From Tubulanus polymorphus (lineage: Eukaryota > Animalia > Nemertea), in the NCBI RefSeq assembly GCF_964204645.1, contig NC_134029.1, forward strand, positions 14,750,950 through 14,814,949: a DNA stretch of 64,000 nucleotides, in the 5' to 3' direction. The notes beneath the pieces are model-generated. The model ran no database searches, was not told where the DNA came from, and saw only the letters and a list, made by a program, of their open reading frames with translations. Shown in pieces: positions 28,801-40,800 of the stretch. The translations under genes were made by a program, and so were the position numbers. How positions within the stretch are numbered: the first letter of the stretch is position 1; each line of letters opens with the position of its first letter.

Positions 28801-31800
28801 TTGTTAGAATTCTATGATTGCTGTAAAATTAGATACACTGAATTAATAGAAAATATGAATTATATTTCAGATAGATTGAATAATATTAAATGCTGTGAAA
28901 TATGCAATAAAAGATATAAAAATAAAAAATCATTAAGGAATCACATGTATCTTCACGAACTTGATGAAAAATTATATGAATCAAAATAAGAAATCGACTG
29001 TTAAATTAGCTGAAAATATAAAATATATTAGTTGAAATGTATGAAAATGAGTAAATTATATTTATGTTAAAAAAGGAGGGTTGAGGTATCAATGTATTAA
29101 ATACGTATTAAATACGTACCAAATACGTATTAATGGTATTTAATACATTAATATGTATTTAATACATATTATGTTTTATTTCTGAAAATGAAGTAACAGA
29201 AGTAATTTATGTTTTAATTCATTCAAGTATGATATTTTAAATTCTTTACATTTGACTACGATAATACGAGAGTGATATTGGTTAGTTGGCTTATTCAATA
29301 AGAGAAACAATGAAATAATACAAGAGTGATACTAACAGTTAAAGTTATTGAATTTCTTGTTAAATCTATTTGAATTCTAGTCAATTCTTGTTAACCAATA
29401 GCGCCAATAGAAATCAAAAAGCTAGAATTCAAATAGATTTAACAAGAAATTCAATAACTTTAACTGTTAGTATCACTCTTGTATTATTTCATTGTTTCTC
29501 TTATTGAATAAGCCAACTAACTAATATCACTCTCGTATTATCCTAGTCAAATGTAAAGAATTTAAAATATCATACTTGAATGAATTAAAACATAAATTAC
29601 TTCTGAAGTATTACTTTTAAATACCATTAATACGTATTTGGTACGTATTTAATACGTATTTAATACATTGATACCTCAACCCTCCTTTTTTAACATAAAT
29701 ATAATTTACTCATTTTCATACATTTCAACTAATATATTTTTGTATTTTCAGCTAATTAAACAGTCGATTTCTTATTTTGATTCATATAATTTTTCATCAA
29801 GTTCGTGAAGATACATGTGATTCCTTAATGATTTTTTATTTTTATATCTTTTATTGCATATTTCACAGCATTTAATATTATTCAATCTATCTGAAATATA
29901 ATTCATATTTTCTATTAATTCAGTGTATCTAATTTTACAGCAATCATAGAATTCTAACAACTGTTTTATAGTATAAACTGAGAATGAAAATAAACCTGAA
30001 ATCATAATAATTGATTTAATATTCTGTTGATTTTTATATATTAGATGTAATATTTCTAATACCTTATTTTCACTCATTTTTATAGACAAAATATATTGAA
30101 TAAATTAAATTAAAAGATGTTGTTTTAATCCTCCAAATCATTTAAATCATTAACTTTTTTATTCTTTTTATTTCTGTGATTGTTTCCATTTAACTTCTTT
30201 AATTTCTTGCTCAATTTTATATTTTCATTTATCAAATCCTTACTGATATTTTCATAATAAAAGATAAGCGCAGCCAATATTAATCCGCCTGCTACTAAAT
30301 AATGTTTCAAATCACTTTTCCCAGTTGGGATGAAACCATCCATTTATTTAAGAGAAAAATTAAACAGTTTATTAAATATTTGCTAGTTTTTAATTAAATA
30401 TTTCATAATCATTTTAAAAATATTAAACTTTTAAATGATTAAATCAAATAACAATTAAATTTACAGCCAAACAATTTAACATTTCAACTGTCAAACAATT
30501 TATCATTTCAACCGTCAAACAATTTATCATTTCAACCGTCAAACAATTTATCATTTCAACCGTCAAACAATTTATCATTTCAACCGTCAAACAATTTAAC
30601 ATTTCATCCGTCAAACAATTTATCATTTCAACTGTCAAACAATTTATCATTTCAACTGTCAAACAATTTATCATTTCAACTGTCAAACAATTTAACATTT
30701 CAACTGTCAAACAATTTATCATTTCAACTGTCAAACAATTTATCATTTCAACAGTCGAACAATTTATCATTTCAACTGTCAAACAATTTATCATTTCAAC
30801 TGTCAAACAATTTATCATTTCAACTGTCAAACAATTTATTATTTCAACCGTCAAACAATTTAACATTTCAACCGTCAAACAATTTGTCATTTCAACCGTC
30901 AAACAATTTATCATTTCAACCGTCAAACAATTTATCATTTCAACTGTCAAACAATTTAACATTTCAACTGTCAAACAATTTATCATTTCAACTGTCAAAA
31001 AATTTATCATTTCAACAGTCGAACAATTTATCATTTCAACAGTCGAACAATTTATCATTTCAACTGCCATACAATTTATCATTTCAACTGTCGAACAATT
31101 TATCATTTCAACTGTCGAACAATTTATCATTTCAACTGTCAGACAATTTATCATTTCAACTGTCGAACAATTTATCTTTTCAACTGTCAAACAATTTATC
31201 ATTTCAACAGTCGAACAATTTATCATTTCAACAGTCGAACAATTTATCATTTCAACTGCCATACAATTTATCATTTCAACTGTCGAACAATTTATCATTT
31301 CAACTGTCGAACAATTTATCATTTCAACTGTCAGACAATTTATCATTTCAACTGTCGAACAATTTATCTTTTCAACTGTCAAACAATTTATCATTTCAAC
31401 TGTCAAACAATTTATCATTTCAACTGTCAAACAATTTATCATTTCAACTGTCAAACAATTTATCATTTCAACTGTCAAACAATTCATCATTTCAACTGTC
31501 AAACAATTTATCATTTCAACAGTCTATTAGATATTTAAATCATTTAACTCAATTCAATAATTATAACGTAGAATTGTTACTCTTTACGCCAGTTTTTATG
31601 TTTAATTGTTTCATAATGCTTTGATTTATGTGATTTTAAGTATTTACCTCCGCAATAACAATGCACTTTTTCATTAGGATTGAATTTTCTAAATTCATCA
31701 TCTAAATTACATTGAACTGCAATATCTTTATATGATTTTTCATTATCTAATTCACATTGAATTGCAATATTTGATGAATTTTCATTATAGATAATTTGTT

Positions 31801-34800
31801 TATTATCAAAATTGAAATAATATAATTGTCTTTTTTCAATTCTTAAGTTAATCAAATCATTGTAATCTTTTGAAAGTATTATATCATCATTTCTTTCATT
31901 GAAAGGAGTTTTAAGAATATTAATTATGTTTTCATCTAAAGTTCCTTTAAAATTTAAAACTGTATTGAATATTTTAGGATTTTTTATTCCATTATCAAAA
32001 GTATCAATTAGTTCAGTAATTAAATATGTTTCATTTGATGATATTTGATTAATCATAGTAATGTCATCAATTTTATAATACCTTGCGGACACTAAATTTG
32101 TTGCTGAAGTATAATTTTTAATGTTAAATAATGAAAATGATTTATTGGTTTCTTTTATTTCGATTTTAAAGTTGGGTTCTTCTTCTTCTGTCTTCATTTT
32201 AATAACAAAACTTTTATTAAAACTCATTCAAATATAAATATTCACTGTTTTAAATATGAATTATTTCACTCACACTTTTATATTGAATAATCTATCAATT
32301 TATATGTTATTCATATATATTTTATTCATGTATATGAATATTTTAAGAGTAATAGGGGTAATGGGCTTAATGTGCGAGTAAAGTGTGAGTGAAATAAATT
32401 CGAGTGTGTGAGAATTATTTTTCATTTTTTATGAGTTTCACTCCTAATTCACTCCTTATTCAAGTAGAAATTGTTATTATTTTCATATTTTTCATTTTTT
32501 ATGAGCTCGACCGTTCGACCTTTGATTTGAAAGCCCATTACCCCTATTACTAAGATACAATATGAACTTCTAGAACTTTGAATGCACGAATTAAAAAGAT
32601 TTTTCAAGCAATGCCCTTAGTCCAAACAACCTCTAGCTTTCAAGGTAAACCACACTTTGCCCATGGGCAATTTATTGTATATGGTCACCAGGGGGCGTCG
32701 AATATTGAAATTGTTAGATTGTTGAGCATTTGAAACCACTTCCCATGTGGGCATGGTGTCCCTGGACCCCTAGTTTTTGTTTAAAATCACTCCGTAGTCT
32801 TTGTTTCTGGTCGTAGAGTCTTATAACTGGTCTAGGAAAGGACGCTTAAAACTCAAACTGCTTGCGTTTACAGTCCTTAATTACGTGCTCCCAGTCCGAA
32901 ACAGTTGACCATTGGTTTTTATGGTCTAAAATGATATAGGCGTCGTCGCTAGTAAAAATCCTGTTGTTCACCGAAAAACACGTGGGGCCAGTTGCTCAAA
33001 GATTGGTTAAGGGAATACCCCGAGTTCACATGTAGTAGGCTAGAGACAGCAGTATACACACAGCGAACTGGCGGCTGCATCCCGCCTCGTATAAACACAG
33101 ACCAACTGAGATTGACTGATGAAGAATAAACTGCCAAGACGAACGCTTAAGTTGTGAAGCCCAAAGGGGGAAATTTCAAGGATTTTTGGAGCCATTTTAA
33201 GTGCATTCTAAAGTTATCATGTGGTCTTTGCAGTAATTAAAACTACCACTTAGTACCACTTGGGCCTATCACATGAACTTCATTTATTCATTGAAGCATC
33301 ACATATACAGTTAACACAGTTTCATTGGCTTAGGTATTATGGAAAATAGGGTGGGAAGGATCTGTGTGGGCGATTACACTATGCTTTGTAGGGAAGGTAG
33401 ATATGGCCTATGCGCTATTACTATTACACTACATCGTCAGCCACGCATTTTATTATTGAAAGAGATCGTTACATTGAAATAAACGAAAATAAAACAACTA
33501 TAATGTCTTCAGAGAACAAATTATCAATTTATTTTCACAATATCCTCGAAAATTTGACCACTTTTGGTTTGGGGAAAACGTCATTTTTAACGGTAAAAAC
33601 AGCCTTGCAGAAACCATGGAAACGTGAATTTGTTTTCAATGAAAAAACTGACATCTCATGCATCCATTCACCACTATTCAGTCAATTTTAAATACTGTCT
33701 TTGACCATATGGACCTTAAAGTACTTTTATTGTATATGGTTACCAAGGGCGTTGAATTCCTGATCGACTTATATATTTTTATTTCATTTCACGTCATTTA
33801 AAAGTCCATTTTGTTATCGCACATGAAACTTTCTTGCTTTGGTACAAAATAACTTCCAAACGAGGCTTAGTTTCTCTTCGGTACTTTTGAAACATTCAAT
33901 GCAGTAATAAAAACTCCAACCCTATTGAATATATATATTCACTTTATTTATTTATTTTTTGGAACTAAATTTCGTTTCGGAAGAACACATGCCCTTTTAT
34001 GTATATTCATGCTTCACACACGTGCCTGACACATATAGGCCTACTTGCTGCTATGTGTGTAGTATTGATCTGTGCATGTGTGTGAAAAGCGCACCTTGCA
34101 TGTGGCCTAGTTACAGTTTTCCTGAAAACTGCAAATGATTCAACTGCCAGGGTTCGTCGTAACTGGCCGTGAAAAGCAGTGAATTTTATAGAAGGGCAGT
34201 AAAACTGGGAACTTGGAAATTGTTCAATTTACGAAAATAAATTGTCTAAAAAACTTCGTACACAGTGTATAGTAATCGTCAAACCATGAACATGGGGAGT
34301 GTCTATTTGAGTCAGTGGGGAAAACCTGTTACCATATTCATGATGAATCGTCATGCAGTTGTGTGTGATTGAGATCGTATCAATAGACAGATTTTCATGA
34401 AAACTTCTGGATTCAATCAAGGGGGGCATCTTAGGCTTTTTAGCCCACTTGGGACTTTAGTCCCAGCGGGCTATTGCGTTCACTTTTCGTCCATTGTCCG
34501 TCCATAGGGAATGTTGTCCGTAGATGGAATCCAGTTATTTTGGGAAGTTGGGTCTTGATATTTGGTTTATACATGTATATACCCTAGACGCATCTTCAGC
34601 CCAAAAACTGGCCCGGTCAGATTCAAGATGGCTGACTGGAAGCCATTGTTGTTTGCCAAAATCACTCAGACTCAAGATGGCTGACCTTTTTTTTTTGCCA
34701 AAAATGTCAATTTTGGCCTGAATCCTGAGTCCTGTAGCTGCCTGCTGGTTTGTCATCAGTTATTCTATATGGTCACCAGGGGGCGTTCAATAGTAGAATA

Positions 34801-37800
34801 ACTTAGTATTTCCTTATTATTTTGGTACCTAGGCATATTTTGTTACCACAATCAATTAGAAAGTTGTAGCTCACTTCGAATTTAAAATTATACAATCAAA
34901 TTTATTAGTCAACGCTTTTGACTAACGGCCATCATCGGGTGGAATGACCAGAAAAACAAATAACAAAGCATATAAACTCACAGGATCTAATATAGAAGCA
35001 ATGTGTCAAACCTAAAGATAAACAGACTAAGCATTTGTAAGTGATTAATTCATATGTAGAAAGAATCAGCAAATACTGTTCAATACCGGCTGATCATTCA
35101 GTTCAATGTTAAGGAATCATAAGTATAGTATGCAAACGAGCGTCTTTTTCATGACTGGACAGATTTTGATTTAAGATTTCATGGTGTAATCTAGGCCTAC
35201 TTGAAAAAGCTAGGCATGGACATGTTGTACTTTGCCATGCATCAAATAAAGTTTGGATGAATTTGATTTAATTGATTCAGTACACGCCACAGATTTTACC
35301 GATTACAGTAAATTCAATCATCATCGTCGACTATAAATATTTGATGAAACACAATAATACTTGCCTTGGAGCTTGAATTCAAACACCAGATTGTTCGAAC
35401 TAAGAAATTAACCATGAAAATTGACTAAAACAGCAAAAGCATCCTCGAAATAATTGCAAATGGCGCCGTGCATGCCTGCATGCTCATTCCCAGTCCTTTT
35501 GCTAGCCGTCTTGAACGGTTCGAATCCCGTAAATATCTGATAATTTTTGGAGTCGTTTTTGAATATTTATATTTTTTTTAAACTCAACAGCGAATGCAAA
35601 AATGTATAATAACCTTATTTTATTAACTTAGCCGAATGAAAATACAAACTAGGATTGGGCATTCGTACTAAGTTTTTGCACAGTAGGCGCAGCCTACTGT
35701 GATAAAATCTAATAAAATCTAACCACGATAAAATCTAATCTACCCATAAAATCTAACCATGTATGTGTTGAAAATGTTATGGAAATATTCTTATTCCAAA
35801 ATGGACTCTACGACAAAAATTCAGATGTTCAGAATTTGGAACCAACATGGGAATGGTTCACATCCGTGATCACATGTACAATCACACGTGTTTCAGATTG
35901 GAATAACTGATGTTAATCAGTATGACAATCATCGTATGACATGATAATCATCGTATGACATGTGTGATCCCAGCGGTTACACATGTGATCTGTGTTGTTA
36001 ACCCAATCATATGTGTGAATCACACATGTATTTCTCAATCACACATGTATTTCACAATCACACGTGTTCACACATGTCATGGGCTCCACAACACACATCA
36101 CACGTGTGATGGCTGGAATCACATGTGTTTTTTGTGTTCTTCACACCTTTCACTCATGTAATGTGTGTTATTCACACACATAACATACATGAATTTTTTG
36201 TAAGGGATATCCAGATGTAAGTCAACTTTTTTCCCGCATCCAGCCAATTTCTTCCTCAATGACTCAGTGCAAAGGTTGACGCTGCTACCAGTGTCTAGAA
36301 ATGCCTAAGTGATGACCGCTTTCGTTTTACCGGACAACTTCACTTTGACAGGTATGATAGACATAGTGCAGAAACCATCATCGTCAAAAGTAGCACCAAC
36401 AAGCGTCCTTTCAGTTTCTTTGATTAACTTCACACCTTCTTTGGTGACCATTTCTCTGACACCCCCAACATAAACCATTCTTCATCAAAAAAGAGATTTT
36501 TTCACTACAACCTGACAATCAGCTAAGCTATGATCACTCTTGCAATATAAACAGGGCTTCATCAGTGCTAGATGTGTCTGTCTGCGATTTTCATCTGTAT
36601 TGGTATTTAATGATGCATATCTGTCATTTACAGTGATGACTTCTTTGCTTGTTCTGCAGCTTGATACCACTGGATACAGGAATTATCATCGTCTCTTTTC
36701 CATAGGTCGGATCACTAGCTTTTCTAGATTCTTTCTTTACAAAGCTGACGAATGTGTTGAGTGAAACAAGATTTCCAGTTGCCTTTGTGGACTGGACTGC
36801 TGATCTCCATCTTTCTTGCAAATTATATGGCAGTTTACTCACAAGCTCCCGTATATTGTCAGGATACTCAGATAATTGTAATGCATTCACTTCTCTGACC
36901 GCGTTTTCTACCTCCATAAGAAACACTGAGAAATCATCTAAATTTCTGCAGTTGTCAGACTTTATGGTCAGCCAATTGACTGCTTACTTGATGAATGCAT
37001 TCGCTATTATTTCTGGATCAAGTCTTTTAAAGCTGCCTCATAAACCCTTGTAGAGTGTAGGAAACTGTAACCAGCAACAATCCTGTTTGGTGTTCCAGTA
37101 GTATACTGCTCCAAAAAATTAAGCCGTTCATCATCAGTATCGCCACGATACGGGACTTGAATTGGCGCAAAAACGCCTATATACCAGCGGGTCACGATCG
37201 AACTTCCTGATATCAATGGTCAATAAAAATTACAAACATACCGTGATATTTGGCTCCATAAGAATCCATACATTCTATATTAGACTCCAAAATTCTTAAG
37301 GTCTATGAGCCATTTCAGTCATAACTTCTCAGTACAAGCACCAGCATTCAAGCGACCAAAGTGACAAATGAATGCAGAAATGCAGAAAATGGTCATATGC
37401 CCAGAATTTACATAATACCTTCAGGGAGGAAAGTTTTCCGGGTTTATCCGGAATTCCGGATTTTTCAAGTCCAAGGTCATTTTTCTGAAAAGCCTAAAAA
37501 CGATGAGAAAATGTGAGGGGGGGTAGGGTTTATTCTAAAGTTTGTTGGTACTGGTGGCCGTAAAAGCGCCGCAGACCGGACAACATTTATTTCGTTTTAC
37601 GATTCTCTTACTGACGTTTAACAAGTGTATAATTTCCTTCTGTTACAATTATCGATCTTTCGGCGATAGCCGTGCACCTGTGTGACGTGACCTCATTTAT
37701 ACGTGTAGGCCATGTCTAGACAGCAGAGATCCTTCATTGTTCTAAGTTTTTGAGTCACTTAATTCTCTGCAGTCATTGAGTGTGGATTGTTTAAAATGAA

Positions 37801-40800
37801 TTCAAAAATAGTAAGTCGTGCGAGTGACGATATACAGTCATTCGGGTAGCACGGTGCGCAGCGCACAACGTTCACTTATTTAGGGGTTCGACCTCTACTG
37901 CTTGAGATGCTGATTGTTAGTGAAATGTGGATGTGCCGCATTGGAAATAGACATTACTTTCAAAATATGGTGATCGTTCATGGGCTCAAGATCGCTCTAA
38001 GTTTTCTTGTGGAAGAACCCCTAAACCCCCCGGGGGTTGCTTCGCGCCTTCAGTGCTCGCTAGGTGGGGCAGATGTATAACTTTTTATTTTCAGGATTTT
38101 TCTTCTATGGTGACTTACCTTGAATGAAACAAATTTTTAAGGTGAAAAGTTCAAATACACGCAAAAACCAGATAGAATATATCTAAATACTAAGCTTATG
38201 ACAAACATATGAATATATAGAAATTCACAATGAAAAAGTCAGATCTCACATACAAATGATAACCAACCGGACATAAATTGTCCATACACTTATTTTCGAT
38301 CTCATTATCTGTAAAAAGTCATCCAAAAAAAGTCTCCCATCGTTTGAATTCAATTCAATAGTTTTCACTATTTTTCATTTGTTCTGCTTATAATCTCTAA
38401 TCTAGAGTACCAATGTTTAATTTTGATGCTGATTTAACATACATTCATGTAAATTAAGGAAAGTCCATATTAAGAATTTCGTTTGTTTTATTTTTTATTG
38501 GTACCTAGGCATATTTTGTAACCACTATCGGGTGCAAATTGTTGCTTGTGGCTTGTTCTATGATTGTGGTGAGTTTCAATGTTATTGCTCTCCTACTGTG
38601 TTCACCAGAGGCATTAAAGTTTCTGATTGTTGACCATTTCAAGCCACTTCCCAAGTAGGCATTGTGTCCTTGGACCCCTAGTTTTTTTTTTAGACTGAAT
38701 ATACTTATGATTGTGGTTATCAGTGTAGTTAGTCGCTTGGACAGTAAAAGCTGCAAACATTATAATAAATCCCTTGATTATTTTTAGGTAGCCAAGACAG
38801 CATTCAACCACAAGAAAGACCCTTTGGATGCAGCAATCTATTTTTTGGCAATGAAAAAGAAAAACTTATTATGGGGATTATTTAGATCAATTGGTGACAT
38901 CAAGATGATGGAATTCTTTAAGAACAACTTTGCCGAGGATCGATGGCGTAGGGCAGCATTGAAGAATGCATTTGCGTTGCTTGGAAAACAAAGATTTGAG
39001 CATGCTGCAGCTTTTTTTTTGTTGGCTGGTTCAGTTAGGGATGCTGTAGAGGTATGTATAGCTAGCTCTCTAGAAATGTATGTTGCCAATGGATTGTTTT
39101 TCCAAGATATTTCCATCATCACAAAAAGAAATATTTTAGATGTGTATTTACCCTAACATGAGAATTCCAAGGAGTTATCTTGTTTTGATGTTTTTACATT
39201 TTTCTTATTTGTAGGTTTGTCTGAACAAAATTGAAGATATCCAGTTAGCAATCGTTATTGCACGTTTGTATGAGAATGATTTGGAAGAAAGTATGCCAGC
39301 CAACTTAAGGCGTATTCTCAGAGAAGAGGTTCTTGGGTTCAATGTCAACGGTGAAACCAGTTCAAACAAAGCTAATACTGATCCATTCCTTCGCAGTATG
39401 TGCTTTTGGATGCTGAATGATTATCAAAATGCCTTAAGTACTCTTCTACATACTAACACGGGACAAAACTGCTTCCTCGAATCAGGCCACGAAGAGGAAA
39501 TTCAATCATATTCATCTCCAAATGTTTTCAATTTCTATGTTTATCTCAGATCGCACCCTTTACTTTTACGTCAGAATTTGGCTATGTCTGCTCAAGATAA
39601 GAAGAAACATGTGTTGTTATCTGGATTTACACAAGGAGGTCACTCATCATCTTTAGATCAACATGTTACTTATGTTGACAAAATCACTCCTCTTGAACGT
39701 AGATTGTACTTTACTACAGCCCATTCTCATTTCAAAGCTGGATGTCCAATGCTTGCATTGGAGGTGTTAACTAAATTACCTGATGTGATTTGTGTGGAAC
39801 CTACTGAGGTGATGAATAATACTTTGCTGAAATCGAACTCAAGTAATTTGATAACTTCTGGTATAATAACGGATACAATGCTTTCCAGTCAGCATGTGAA
39901 ATCAACCAGCAAAAGCAAGCCAGATCATGCACTTGATATTGACTGGGGCAAGACATCAACATCTATTCATTCAATGAATATTCAGCATGATACTATTAGC
40001 AGCAATATTGATATCGATGATGAATTAACAGATAGTGATAACAACTCTAAACCACACAGTTCGATTCCAGTGAAAAGTGTTGATATTATGGCACAGCAAT
40101 TAAAGTATATAGCATGTATGAAGATAGTCATGGAAGAAATGAGTACTTTAGCTACCGGTTTTGAAGTTGATGGAGGTCAATTGAGGTATCAACTGTATAT
40201 CTGGTTGGAGCGTGAAATGGAATGTCTCAATAACCTTTGCAATTTCATGCAGTTAGAAGAAATGTTTAAGACTGATTCAGGTAGGAAACTGAAAACATTT
40301 TATGACCATATAGAATATTCAGAACTTGCTCCATTAACACATTGTTCTAGTTTAGATCATAAAAGATTTCATGCATTAATAATGCACAACCCATTAGTTC
40401 ATGGGTCGTATCAATTGGTTATTTATACATTTTCATGCAGATTTCAAAACGGATTTCCTGGAAGAAAACTATGGTAATTCAAACACCAAATCCTCAAGTT
40501 GGGATAACACCCTCTCGAAACCATCTCTTCATGAAGTCATTCAAGCTGAGAAAATGGATTTGGAAGCTAAGTTGGATCGCATAGCACGTCGGAGATTGTG
40601 GTTAAAGGCAAACCAACAGGATTTACGAACTTTATTAAGCTATTGTAGCTTACAAGGTGCTGCCGGGGGAGGAATTGCATCAGTTCGAATGGAATTGATC
40701 CTCCTGTTACAGGAATTACAACAGGAAAAGACGCAACAGCAACTTCTATCACCACTTCCATTCCCTACAACTTTGCCGATGCTTTCAGCTAGTATTGCGC

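Larger units (their letters stand above)
26644..32551. mobile_element. Fully palindromic non-autonomous element with Polinton/Maverick-type ends
   Basis: Termini AGTAATAGGGGTAATGGGCTTTC... / ...GAAAGCCCATTACCCCTATTACT; AAGATA at 26638-26643 and 32552-32557; arms 26644-29380 and 29422-32551 inverted around a 41-bp spacer. Confidence 0.85.
25651..32676 (+). mobile_element. HINE family B nested in HINE-A and hosting the palindromic element
   Basis: Subterminal IRs TGGTTTACCTT (25651) / AAGGTAAACCA (32642-32652), 3' palindrome TTGCCCATGGGCAA (32657-32670), T-rich ends, no TSD; a related 5' end occurs at 45134. Confidence 0.75.
24595..32775 (+). mobile_element. HINE family A copy split by nested insertions
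   Basis: 5' subterminal IR GCCCACTTGGGA, CGTC microsatellite, ~150-bp subrepeats interrupted at 25651 and resumed at about 32676, then 3' TCCCATGTGGGC, stem-loop and CTAGTT. Confidence 0.8.

Noticed and set aside
27816-31521. 24-bp arrays as CRISPR arrays
   Set aside because: The units are head-to-tail with no unique spacers, there are no cas genes, and the context is a eukaryotic intron.
30884-31624. 246-aa (SFQLSNNL)n ORF on the + strand
   Set aside because: It is an antisense reading of the tandem array, its start arises from a single variant unit, and several frames of the unit are stop-free.
26644-32551. Palindrome as a fold-back or amplification artefact
   Set aside because: The arms differ in substitutions, indels and array length, a 6-bp TSD flanks the unit, and the host elements and gene continue collinearly on both sides. 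Read support is still desirable.
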